Positions 37,204 through 46,230 of a DNA stretch of 64,000 bases are shown piece after piece; the first letter of the stretch is position 1, and each line of letters starts with the position of its first letter. Under the pieces are notes generated by a model that was not told the origin of the DNA, searched no databases, and saw only the letters and a list, made by a program, of their open reading frames with translations. Location: NCBI GenBank assembly GCA_041671565.1, contig JBAZBH010000001.1:7552-71551 (forward strand), given 5' to 3'. Made by a program: the position numbers and the translations under genes. This DNA is from Patescibacteria group bacterium. GTDB lineage: Bacteria; Patescibacteriota; Patescibacteriia; JACRDY01.

Positions 37204-38250
37204 TTAAACCAAATTCAAAAGCAGATTTTCCAGCGCCAACTGGGGATTAACATTTTGACTAAGCAGCCGCCGAGTGGTCTCGATCAGCCCCAACCAGTGT
37301 CGGAGTTTGCCTGAATCCACTGTAGCTATTTTAGCGGTTTTTAAGCGATCTAGCAACCACAAATTGCAAAGTCCGGGCGGAATCTCCTCCTGGCTATGGC
37401 GGATAAGAAGCGCGTCGCGGACAATACTAGCCCAGATTTCCAAATCAGCGAGCACGGAGAGCGACCGGGCAATTACGCCTTCCTCATCCTCTCCCATTTC
37501 CGCCGCCGCCAAAAACCGCTCGCGATTGCCCGCGCCGATTAAATCCAAAAATTTTGCCGCGCGATCTTTATAATCGGAGAGTGTTTCCGGCTCGCGAAAA
37601 TAGCTAATCGCCACTCCCGGCCGGCCGAGAGCCAAATAGGACAACTCATCGGCGAGGCCGCGCTCGGCGCCTAAGGTGACCAGATAGTCATAAATCGCCT
37701 CGCGGCTGACCGGCTCCAGCTTCAGTTTCTGACAACGGGACAAAATCGTCGACGGCAGATTATCAATGTTGGCGGCAAGGAGAATCAGCACCACTTGCCG
37801 GCCCGGCTCTTCCAAAAGTTTCAAGGCGGCATTGGCCGACTCGACACTCAGGAGCTCGGCCTCGGGAATCAAGGCGATTTGATAAGAATTGAGAAATGAA
37901 CTGCGACTGAGGCGGTCTTTAAATTCCCGCAAATCATCAATTTTGATATTTTTGTTCAGTTTATCGGTTTTGGGGTCGCGTAAACGATTTAAAGTGAGGA
38001 CATCCGGGTGAATGCCTTTCTCGACTTGCTGGCAGTTAAGGCAAGCGCCACAAGGCCGGCCGTCGGACAGATTAAGGCAAAGGAGCGCGGCAATAAACCC
38101 GGAACAAATTTTCTGGCGGCCCAAATGCGGCGCGCCATAAATCAAATAGGCGGATGCCACCCGGTTATTTTTGATGCTAGTTTGCAAAAAACTAACCGCC
38201 GCCTGGTGACCCACCACTCCCCAATTTTTATCCCAATCAATTTTTGCCAT
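37204..38250 (-). CDS. holB: DNA polymerase III delta' subunit
   Basis: An AAA+-like N-terminus is followed by the Zn-module cluster CGACLNC of delta'/tau. The size is about 348 aa. Confidence 0.75.
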   Translation of the reverse strand: MAKIDWDKNWGVVGHQAAVSFLQTSIKNNRVASAYLIYGAPHLGRQKICSGFIAALLCLNLSDGRPCGACLNCQQVEKGIHPDVLTLNRLRDPKTDKLNKNIKIDDLREFKDRLSRSSFLNSYQIALIPEAELLSVESANAALKLLEEPGRQVVLILLAANIDNLPSTILSRCQKLKLEPVSREAIYDYLVTLGAERGLADELSYLALGRPGVAISYFREPETLSDYKDRAAKFLDLIGAGNRERFLAAAEMGEDEEGVIARSLSVLADLEIWASIVRDALLIRHSQEEIPPGLCNLWLLDRLKTAKIATVDSGKLRHWLGLIETTRRLLSQNVNPQLALENLLLNLV

Positions 38251-38253
38251 AAG

Positions 38254-39360
38254 CTATAAAGTTTTTAAAACTTCCCAAGTTTTTTGGGCGGTCTGCTGCC
38301 AGCTGAACTCAGCCGCCCGAACTAATCCCCGCTTGATTAACTCTTGCCGGGCGCTTTCGTCATTAAACAATTTTAAAATTTCTGCAGCGATTGCTTCGGG
38401 CTTTGCCGGGTCAACTAACGCCGCCGCGCCGCCGGCCACTTCCGGACAAGCGGTGACGCTAGAAGTGATTACCGGACAGCCACAAGCCATGGCTTCCAGA
38501 ATCGGAATGCCAAAACCTTCATAAAACGACGGCAGGAGAAACATTTTGGCGGCCGCGAGTAGATAAGGCAAATTTTCATCCGCTACCCAGCCGGGCAAAA
38601 TGATTTTATCGCACGCCGGCGACTGCTCCAGCTCAACGGCAACTTGGTTGTACCAACGGCCGGGCTTACCCGCCAGCACCAGTTGGTAGTCTAGCGGTTG
38701 CAATAGATTAAAAGCGCGAATCATGCCGGGCGTGTTTTTCTTTAACTCCAGTCGGCTGATACTGAGAATAAATGGCTCTTTAATGCCATATTTGGCAAGC
38801 ACGGCCTCGATTTTCGCTCGGTCGGTAATCGGGCGGTAACGCGCCGAGTCATAAGCGAGCGGCACCACGGCGACTTTGCCTTTGGCCGCCGGATAAAACT
38901 TCAGAATATCACCCCGCGAATAAAGGGAAACCGTAAAAATCTGCCGCGCGCGGCGGCTATCCAGCCAGTTAAAAAAGTTCAGGTACAGCTTGCCCTGGGG
39001 CGAATAAGCCTCGGGCGTAGCGCGGAAAGCCACATCGTGGATAGTGACGGCGAGGCGCCGCGGACTGATAATCGGCGCCACATGCGCCGGCACAAATAGC
39101 GCGTCCGGCGCGCGCCAAATCATCTCCCAACTCAGACGAAAATGCGTCCAGAGAAACTTGGGCGGCCAGGCTAAAACCCGACTCCGCCAGTTCGCCGGCA
39201 ACTCCGCCAATTCGCCGGTTAGCGGCTCGCTGGAATACAAAACCACCTCCTGGTCCGGAGGAATGATGTTTTTCAGTTCTTGAATGAGGTGCCAAGCGTA
39301 CCATTCCACGCCGGTTTTTTGAGCGCGGTTGGCGCGCGAAGCGTCAATGCCGAGGGTCAT
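38254..39360 (-). CDS. Glycosyltransferase family 1 (GT4).
   Basis: The C-terminal motif EGFGIPILEAMACGCPVITS is present. Confidence 0.8.
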   Translation of the reverse strand: MTLGIDASRANRAQKTGVEWYAWHLIQELKNIIPPDQEVVLYSSEPLTGELAELPANWRSRVLAWPPKFLWTHFRLSWEMIWRAPDALFVPAHVAPIISPRRLAVTIHDVAFRATPEAYSPQGKLYLNFFNWLDSRRARQIFTVSLYSRGDILKFYPAAKGKVAVVPLAYDSARYRPITDRAKIEAVLAKYGIKEPFILSISRLELKKNTPGMIRAFNLLQPLDYQLVLAGKPGRWYNQVAVELEQSPACDKIILPGWVADENLPYLLAAAKMFLLPSFYEGFGIPILEAMACGCPVITSSVTACPEVAGGAAALVDPAKPEAIAAEILKLFNDESARQELIKRGLVRAAEFSWQQTAQKTWEVLKTL

Positions 39361-39421
39361 AGGAAGAATTAAGATTTAAGAATACCTGTAGATTTGCATC
39401 TTACGGTATAACTTGGTTAAA

Positions 39422-39490
39422 ATCACATAACACATAACATGGAACAAGGGTAGTTATAGGTCTCTTGTTATGTGTTCCATGTTATGTGAT
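39422..39490. repeat. Copy C2 of the ~70-bp imperfect palindromic element.
   Basis: atcacataacacataacatggaacaagggtagttataggtctcttgttatgtgttccatgttatgtgat. It differs from C1 at one position. Confidence 0.8.
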
Positions 39491-39541
39491 GACTTGGATA
39501 TTAGTTCAAACACGAATTACCAACATTATTAAATCCTAGAT

Positions 39542-40555
39542 CTATTTTGTCGCTAGAATACTCCGTTTGTAGCTCTCCAGGTTCTCGAGCGCGATTCCCG
39601 TCCCCTTGGCAACGCAGAGTAGCGGTTCGTCGGCGACATACGCCGCCACGCCGGTGGCGCGGGAGATGAGTTGGTCGATGTTGCGGAGTAAAGCCGAGCC
39701 GCCGCTGAGAATAATGCCTTTATCAATCACATCGGCCGCCAGCTCCGGCGGAGTTTTATGCAGGACATCTTTGACCGCCACAATAATCCCTTCCAGCTCG
39801 TTTTGAATGGCGTCGGTCACATCGTCCGAGGTGACGGTAATCGTCTTGGGCAGACCCGAGACCATATCGCGGCCGCGGATTTCCATTTGCATCCGCTCTT
39901 CCAGATATAGGGCCGAGCCGATTTCAATCTTAATATCTTCGGCCGTCCGTTCGCCGATCGCCAGGCCGTATTTTTTGCGGACATGGTTACTGATCGCGGC
40001 GTCAAACTTGTTGCCGCCGATGCGGACCGAAGTGGAAGCAACAATGCCGCCGAGCGAGATAATCGCCATCTCCGAGGTGCCGCCGCCAATATCAATAATC
40101 ATGTGGCCGGAAGCCGAACCGATCGGGATATTGGCGCCAATCGCCGCCACAATCGGCTCTTTGATAATATAAGCGGCGCGGGCGCCCGCGGCAATTGTCG
40201 CGTCAATGACCGCCCGTTTCTCGGTCGAAGTAATGCCGGCCGGCACCGCCACCATCACTTCCGGCCGAAAAAGGTGCACGCCGCCAAGGGCTTTATTAAT
40301 AAAATAACGAAGCATGGCTTCGGTGGTTTTGTAGTCGGCGATCACGCCGTCTTTAAGCGGCCGTCGGGCGATAATCGTATCCGGCGTCCGGCCGATCATT
40401 TCTTTCGCCTCTTTACCCACCGCCAGAATTTTCTTGTCTAAGCGCGAAGTCGCGACTACCGAGGGTTCATTGATAATAATCCCCCGTTTCGGCACATGCA
40501 CCAAAACATTGGTGGTGCCGAGATCAATCGCGATTTTCTTGATAAATTTGAACAT
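39542..40555 (-). CDS. mreB: Rod shape-determining protein MreB (paralog 1). It sits apart from mreCD.
   Basis: The actin-fold motifs are IDLGTTNVLVHV, DIGGGTSE and ILSGGSALL. Confidence 0.9.
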   Translation of the reverse strand: MFKFIKKIAIDLGTTNVLVHVPKRGIIINEPSVVATSRLDKKILAVGKEAKEMIGRTPDTIIARRPLKDGVIADYKTTEAMLRYFINKALGGVHLFRPEVMVAVPAGITSTEKRAVIDATIAAGARAAYIIKEPIVAAIGANIPIGSASGHMIIDIGGGTSEMAIISLGGIVASTSVRIGGNKFDAAISNHVRKKYGLAIGERTAEDIKIEIGSALYLEERMQMEIRGRDMVSGLPKTITVTSDDVTDAIQNELEGIIVAVKDVLHKTPPELAADVIDKGIILSGGSALLRNIDQLISRATGVAAYVADEPLLCVAKGTGIALENLESYKRSILATK

Positions 40556-40561
40556 AAATAG

Positions 40562-42463
40562 CTAATTCTTGGTAATTGTTAGCTGTCGGTCAACTCGCAA
40601 ATCCGTAGTAATCGTCTTTTCCGCGTCACCTAATTTTACTCTAATTGATGCTTCATGTCCAACCGTGCCGGCTTGCTTTTGCAGATAAAGATTGTAAGGC
40701 GCCGCGGACTGAAATTGACCTTTTAATCCGGCCGGTAACTGATAGCTAAAAACCAAAGTTTTTGTCTGCCCGGGATTAATATACCAAAAGGCGCCAAAGA
40801 CGGTTTTGCCTAATTCTTCGCTGGTATCAACCGCGCCCGGCTTACCCGGATTGTCACCGCGGTCGCTCGTGAGCGCGCCCACTGTAGAAACTAGCTGACT
40901 GCCCAGCGGCGCGTAAACTCGCGTGTAGCCCCGCCAACGGCTGGTGCGGTAATCATACTGCCCGTTGTTGGCATAAGTCAGCGTCACTGTGGCGATGAGA
41001 CGGTCTTGTTCGTCTAGCGCCAAACTGTAGTCAATTTTTTTATCCATCACCCGGTCGGTTTTCAAAGCGCCTAAGTTCGCGTCGATTACCGCCAGACAGT
41101 CAGAGTTCTCGGGCGACTTTAATTCTCCGGCCCAATTATTGGCGAGATAAATACTTTGTAGATCCGCCTGTCGGTCGTAAAACAGCAAATGCTTTTCTCG
41201 CAGGCCGGAGTTTATCTCGCGGCAAGCGCGGAGCCAGTCAGCCGCCGGCAAGGCAAAAATTTTGGCGAGCAGTTGCTGGCTAAGCTCATAAACCACATCT
41301 TTGCGGTCAGTTTTAGGCAGTCCCCGCTCAATATAATCTTGTTCCACCTCTTGCTGGAGCAAATCGCCAAAATCAGCCGCGGTAAAAACTTTTTCTTGAT
41401 AACTGAGCGGACCGGTTAACGCTAACAAATTGGCGACGAAATCCTGGTCAAAGGCAATCACGCCATCCAGCTTTTCTTTACCTCGTTCCTGACCATAAAA
41501 CCAAATCAGCTTCTCGGCTGTGGTGGGAAAATCCGGCGACCAATTAGCGTCACGGAACCACCAACTCTTAATCAAATAATCGCGGAGCGGCGCGGGCGAC
41601 GCGATATCCAGATATTTCTCCGCCGGCCGATCAAGAGCGTATGAATCCGCCGTTTGCCAGTCTTTAATCTCTCCGTCTTTAACTTTAAGAATACCGTAAA
41701 CACCAATAAACCCGCCGCTGGGGCGCAGTTCGTCGTTGTTTTGCATAATCACCAGGTAAGTCCGCTCTTGCCCTAAACCGGCGAGTCGCGGCAAGACTTG
41801 AATGGTGGAATTAATTACTTCGGTCGCATCATCTAGGAGCGACAAATAGAAGTTAACCCCGGCAACCAACTTGCCGAGCGGTGCGAGCAAATGTTGTCTG
41901 GGCATCTTTTTTAATTCCGCGCTTCCAAGCTGCCAGTCAGCCCGCACACCTTGAGCGACCGGCGCCATCCTCTGAAAAACTTTCAAGAGACTGGCTTTGT
42001 CGGCTAAAGTTAACTTGGCGTAAGTGACGCCCGGCGGCAAAGCCGCGTCCAGAGCCGCGGCGATATCCAATGATTGTTGAACGGCGGGCAGAATAAAATC
42101 ACTCGCTCTGAACAACTGGTTGATTGCTTGATAGTTTTCTCGGGCATAAGGGAGGTAGGCCGAAAAACGAAACCCCGAAAAATCGTTTCGGGCGGCGGCA
42201 ATTTTGGTTTCTAAAACCGCCAATTTTTCGCCAGCGGCGACAAAATCGTTTTCCTCTAAATCGCGGCTAATCAGCCTTAGTTGTTCTTCCGCGCCGAGCG
42301 CTTGGTTCGCTAAACGGTAGCCGCCGACCGCGCCGGCGATTGCCAGACCGCAAAACCCCATAAAAAATATGGCGGCGATCAATATAATAACTAATCTTTT
42401 AGTCATGGCTTTAAAATTAAAAAAATTATTCCCTGGGGCGCCGCGCGCCGGCGTATTTGGCAA
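40562..42463 (-). CDS. Large membrane-anchored hypothetical protein. It probably starts at MTKRL near 42406.
   Basis: An N-terminal TM helix precedes a ~600-aa soluble domain. It lies in the glycosyltransferase cluster. The longest ORF overlaps the upstream GT2 gene, which favours the internal start. Confidence 0.5.
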   Translation of the reverse strand: MPNTPARGAPGNNFFNFKAMTKRLVIILIAAIFFMGFCGLAIAGAVGGYRLANQALGAEEQLRLISRDLEENDFVAAGEKLAVLETKIAAARNDFSGFRFSAYLPYARENYQAINQLFRASDFILPAVQQSLDIAAALDAALPPGVTYAKLTLADKASLLKVFQRMAPVAQGVRADWQLGSAELKKMPRQHLLAPLGKLVAGVNFYLSLLDDATEVINSTIQVLPRLAGLGQERTYLVIMQNNDELRPSGGFIGVYGILKVKDGEIKDWQTADSYALDRPAEKYLDIASPAPLRDYLIKSWWFRDANWSPDFPTTAEKLIWFYGQERGKEKLDGVIAFDQDFVANLLALTGPLSYQEKVFTAADFGDLLQQEVEQDYIERGLPKTDRKDVVYELSQQLLAKIFALPAADWLRACREINSGLREKHLLFYDRQADLQSIYLANNWAGELKSPENSDCLAVIDANLGALKTDRVMDKKIDYSLALDEQDRLIATVTLTYANNGQYDYRTSRWRGYTRVYAPLGSQLVSTVGALTSDRGDNPGKPGAVDTSEELGKTVFGAFWYINPGQTKTLVFSYQLPAGLKGQFQSAAPYNLYLQKQAGTVGHEASIRVKLGDAEKTITTDLRVDRQLTITKN

Positions 42464-43229
42464 AATATTTCAGCCAGCTTTTGATATGTTCGCGGCTGGT
42501 TTTATGAAATAAGCCAAACAGCCACCAACTTTCCGCCGAAGTCCGCTGATGGTAATGCACCACTTCCGCCTCGGCGAAGTAAACTACTGAAAAACCGGCT
42601 TCCCAAAACCGCCGGCAATAATCAACATCGTCAAAATACATAAAAAACCTTTCGTCCAAAAGCCCGACTTTATCAAGGGCCGATCGGCGGATCATCTGGC
42701 AGCCGCCCAGCAACCAATCCACCTCGCGACTCTCTTTATGGTCCCAATTCATCATTAAATATCTTTCCACTTTCTGTCGCAGGCCGGGTAAACGACCGAG
42801 AATTGTCCGGCGGTAAAACGGCATCAGAAAACTGGGAAAACAATAACAGGAGTATTGCAGGGTGCCATCGGGATTAATCAACTTCGAACCGAGGATACCG
42901 ACGGCCGGATGTTCGTCCAGATATCTGACCATCTTTTCTAATTCATTGGTTAAAATCAAAATATCCGGATTAATAATCATCACATAGCGACCAGTCGCCT
43001 GTTGGAGGCCAAGGTTGTTGCCGCCGCTGTAACCCAGATTTTTTTCCGTGGCGATATATTTGACTTCCGGGAACTCGGTTCTTACCATCTCGCCGCAACC
43101 GTCACCCGAGCCGTTATCGACGACAATCACTTCGTAGGGAATTGCCAAACGCAAAAGCCGCAAGCCCTTGAGGCATTGCCGCAGGAGGCCTTTTGATTTG
43201 TAGACGAGAATGACGATGGAAAGCGACAT
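42426..43229 (-). CDS. Glycosyltransferase family 2
   Basis: The GT-A N-terminus is VILVYKSKGLLRQCLKGL...VVDNGSGDG, with a DxD region. Confidence 0.8.
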   Translation of the reverse strand: MSLSIVILVYKSKGLLRQCLKGLRLLRLAIPYEVIVVDNGSGDGCGEMVRTEFPEVKYIATEKNLGYSGGNNLGLQQATGRYVMIINPDILILTNELEKMVRYLDEHPAVGILGSKLINPDGTLQYSCYCFPSFLMPFYRRTILGRLPGLRQKVERYLMMNWDHKESREVDWLLGGCQMIRRSALDKVGLLDERFFMYFDDVDYCRRFWEAGFSVVYFAEAEVVHYHQRTSAESWWLFGLFHKTSREHIKSWLKYFAKYAGARRPRE

Positions 43230-43230
43230 A

Positions 43231-43312
43231 GAATTAGTATTCAGGGAACAGTATTCGGGGAACAGGGAAAAACGACCCCTGAATACTGTATACTGCCCCC
43301 TGAATACTTACT
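43231..43312. repeat. Copy D1 of the gtattcaggg/cccctgaatac inverted-repeat element.
   Basis: agtattcagggaacagtattcggggaacagggaaaaacgacccctgaatactgtatactgccccctgaatact. Confidence 0.75.
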
Positions 43313-44360
43313 TAAACCATTGCCTCATAACCTTGGCGTCAACCTTTCTTAACCGTTTTAACTGCCGCCGTTTATGCCAAACATTGGGAATTAAGGCGAA
43401 AAACTGACCCACCGACCGGGTAGTGCCGACCTCGCATATTAGCACATAGGCGATTTTTTTCAACTCATAGCCAAGTATCCAGGGTAAGGCCCGGAAGAAA
43501 TTGCCCAAATACTCGTTTTTGGCGAGCAGGAGCCAATGATTGCGGAAAGACAGCCGGTTAACAAACCGCGACTTGCGGCGGCGGTCGCGCCAGGTAATCA
43601 GATTGCCGCCCGCGGCATGGCCAAAGCCGGTGCGGTAGTGATAGGCTTCGGCAGTGGGCAAATACAAGGCCGACCAGCCGTTTGACTGCAACCGCCAAGC
43701 GAGATCGACATCATCTTTATACATAAAAAAATCTTCATCCAGATATTCATAATAATCAGCCTCAGCCGTAAATTTTAAATTTTCTCCACGGCGGCGATTT
43801 TTGATTTTCACCGCTTCCAGGGCCGCCCGACGAAGGAGCACCAGATTACCCGATAAGCCAAAAACTTCTTCGGTTTGCTGATATTGGCCCTTATCTTCCT
43901 CACCCGCTCCCCGGTCATAAAACCGGCGCGACTGGCGAGCGAAGATTCCGGTAGTATCAATAATTTCCGGGCGAATACCCGGCGCCGCCGCCTCTGACGA
44001 ATTAATTTTTAAAACCTTGCCGCTAAGGCTACTCAACTTCGGCCGGGCGTCAGCGACCGCGATAATTTTCTCCAACCAGTCCGGCGCCAAAATCACATCT
44101 TGGTTCAGAAGCAAAACGAACTCGCTCTCCCAAAACTTGATCGCCTGATTATTGCCCTGACAAAAACCTAGATTTTTAAAATTCTGTAAAACCGTCACTT
44201 CCGGATAATCCCGCCGCAAATGCTCCACCGTGCCGTCCTGCGAGCCATTATCCACCACCAAAATTTTAAAATCGCGGTAAGTTTGGTTAAAAACCGACCG
44301 CAGACAGTCGTCGAGGTATTTGATGGCGTTGTAGGTGACGATATTTATAGACACTTTCAT
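43308..44360 (-). CDS. Glycosyltransferase family 2
   Basis: The N-terminus is VSINIVTYNAIKYLDDCLRSV...VVDNGSQDGT. Confidence 0.8.
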   Translation of the reverse strand: MKVSINIVTYNAIKYLDDCLRSVFNQTYRDFKILVVDNGSQDGTVEHLRRDYPEVTVLQNFKNLGFCQGNNQAIKFWESEFVLLLNQDVILAPDWLEKIIAVADARPKLSSLSGKVLKINSSEAAAPGIRPEIIDTTGIFARQSRRFYDRGAGEEDKGQYQQTEEVFGLSGNLVLLRRAALEAVKIKNRRRGENLKFTAEADYYEYLDEDFFMYKDDVDLAWRLQSNGWSALYLPTAEAYHYRTGFGHAAGGNLITWRDRRRKSRFVNRLSFRNHWLLLAKNEYLGNFFRALPWILGYELKKIAYVLICEVGTTRSVGQFFALIPNVWHKRRQLKRLRKVDAKVMRQWFK

Positions 44361-44379
44361 ATTAAAAAGTTATTCATTC

Positions 44380-44470
44380 CCTACGAATTACGAATTAGCG
44401 CGAATGTACGAATTACGAATCGCCGTGGTGGCTGGATTCGTACATTCGCGCTAATTCGTTATTCGTAGGG
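44380..44470. repeat. Copy A4 of the cgaat/attcg palindromic element (full copy, with a different spacer).
   Basis: ccctacgaattacgaattagcgcgaatgtacgaattacgaat ... attcgtacattcgcgctaattcgttattcgtaggg. Confidence 0.75.
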
Positions 44471-44471
44471 G

Positions 44472-46130
44472 CTAATATATTTCTTTTCTGTAGCACTCTT
44501 CGCAATAAACCTTTTCCGGCCGGTCCGGCGCGTAGGTGGTTTCAAATTCATTAGCGCAGCCGGGCCTCATGCATTGGCGATGATAAAGCCGGCGGGGATT
44601 ATTATGCCAGGATAACTGTTTAAGATGGCGGCAACCCGGACATAGGCGCGGCAAAGGCAACTTTTGCGCTCGATAAAATTTTAACTCTTGCGTGATAATT
44701 TTGTAATTGCGTTGGCAGGCATGGCAAGCCAAAATTTCATTGACGATTGAATCCGGCGCTTCCCCAATTTTATCCGGCAATTCTTTGATGATTTCTTTGC
44801 CTTTGGTAATAAAAATATCATCGCGCCAATTATAACCTTGCCTTAGTGCCTCGTCTTTAGTCAAAGGAAAAAAATTCTGCGCTTCGGTTTCATTATAGCC
44901 AAAAGGTGAAAATTGGGGCGGGAAAAACTCGCCGTATTCCCCATCTTGCTTCATCTGGGCGATAATCTGCTGTTTTAATTTCCGATATTCGCTTTCAGTA
45001 TATTGTTTATTTAAAATACAGAAACGCTGGCCCTTTAAGCCGGAACAGCCAAAACAATCTTTCACATTATGGCTATGCGACAGATATTGGCAATCATTGA
45101 CCGTATAAGTCATGTAAGAAAAATAGGTATTATAACCCTGGCCGATGCCTTGAATTTCATAGAGCAGTTCGCTGCCCACTGGCTGACCAAAACCATAAGA
45201 ATCACGGCAATCTTTCACACCCTCGCAGCCCCAGCAATTAACCAAATCTTCGCCGTCGATCACAAGAAAACAACTTTGGCAGTTTTTAGCGTTAAGCAAA
45301 TAATCGCCGGTAGAGTTAACAACTTTGTTAATTTCGGCGAATTTATGGATAATTTGGCTTTTAGTTTTTTCAAACTCTTTTTCTAAAACGGAAAACTGTT
45401 GAAAGCTGGAAAAATCAATCTCTTGAATCTTCTTTTGATACTCTGTTTCGGTTAGTTGCTGGCCGCGGAAAACATATTTCTGGTTGCGCAGGTTAAAACT
45501 CATAAAACAATCTTGGCAACCGTGGCAATTGTAACAAAACTTTAAATTGTAAGAGTTTTGGCAGTTAATGGCGTGCAGGCAATTAAAACATTGGAAACAC
45601 CAAAAACATTGGTAACAGAGTTCGCAGTTTTTATACATCATGTAGCTGTCCACAATATCTTTACTGTTAAACACCCAATGAGAATAAAAACAATCTTCGG
45701 CAAAAAAAATCACGCTGCAAGAATAGCAATTTTTATCATTGCCGGAATGGGCAGTATAATCGGAGTTGATGTTATTTTGGGATAAAAGCGCGGCTTTAGG
45801 CACAGCTAAAAATAATTCTTGCCATTGTTCGAAGAACGGCCGATTTTTGTCCCACTCGCGGCCATAAGCCTGCGAATCCCACTGGTCGCCCCACCAACAG
45901 TCGCGGCAATAAACCGGAAATTTGTTTTCCGGATGATAAACCGAGATTATTGGCTTTTGGCAAAAATCGCAATTTCGTTGATATAAAACTTGTGGATTTC
46001 TAAAAGCCAGTTTCCGTTGCATGCGGCAAGCCGGACACCACGACGGCTCGGGCACACTAATTTTATTATAAAACTGCCGATCGCTGTCGGTGATAATAAA
46101 CTCGGTTTGGCAACTTTTACAGATTGGCAT
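44472..46130 (-). CDS. Cysteine-rich multi-zinc-ribbon protein (paralog 1, 552 aa).
   Basis: About 10 percent Cys. The N-terminal ribbon is MPICKSCQ...CPACR. The central region has repeated C-x2-C-x2-C-x2-C modules. A C-terminal ribbon is present. Its C-terminus, YCEECYRKEIY, is identical to that of the neighbouring gene. Confidence 0.5.
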   Translation of the reverse strand: MPICKSCQTEFIITDSDRQFYNKISVPEPSWCPACRMQRKLAFRNPQVLYQRNCDFCQKPIISVYHPENKFPVYCRDCWWGDQWDSQAYGREWDKNRPFFEQWQELFLAVPKAALLSQNNINSDYTAHSGNDKNCYSCSVIFFAEDCFYSHWVFNSKDIVDSYMMYKNCELCYQCFWCFQCFNCLHAINCQNSYNLKFCYNCHGCQDCFMSFNLRNQKYVFRGQQLTETEYQKKIQEIDFSSFQQFSVLEKEFEKTKSQIIHKFAEINKVVNSTGDYLLNAKNCQSCFLVIDGEDLVNCWGCEGVKDCRDSYGFGQPVGSELLYEIQGIGQGYNTYFSYMTYTVNDCQYLSHSHNVKDCFGCSGLKGQRFCILNKQYTESEYRKLKQQIIAQMKQDGEYGEFFPPQFSPFGYNETEAQNFFPLTKDEALRQGYNWRDDIFITKGKEIIKELPDKIGEAPDSIVNEILACHACQRNYKIITQELKFYRAQKLPLPRLCPGCRHLKQLSWHNNPRRLYHRQCMRPGCANEFETTYAPDRPEKVYCEECYRKEIY

Positions 46131-46230
46131 AATTAAGTATTCAGGGAACAGTATTCAGTATTCAGGGAACTATATCCATGAACGGCGGATACGAACCCCT
46201 GAATACTGAATACCGTTCCCTGATCCCTTA
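46131..46230. repeat. Copy D2 of the gtattcaggg/cccctgaatac inverted-repeat element.
   Basis: agtattcagggaacagtattcagtattcagggaac ... gaacccctgaatactgaataccgttccctga. Confidence 0.75.
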
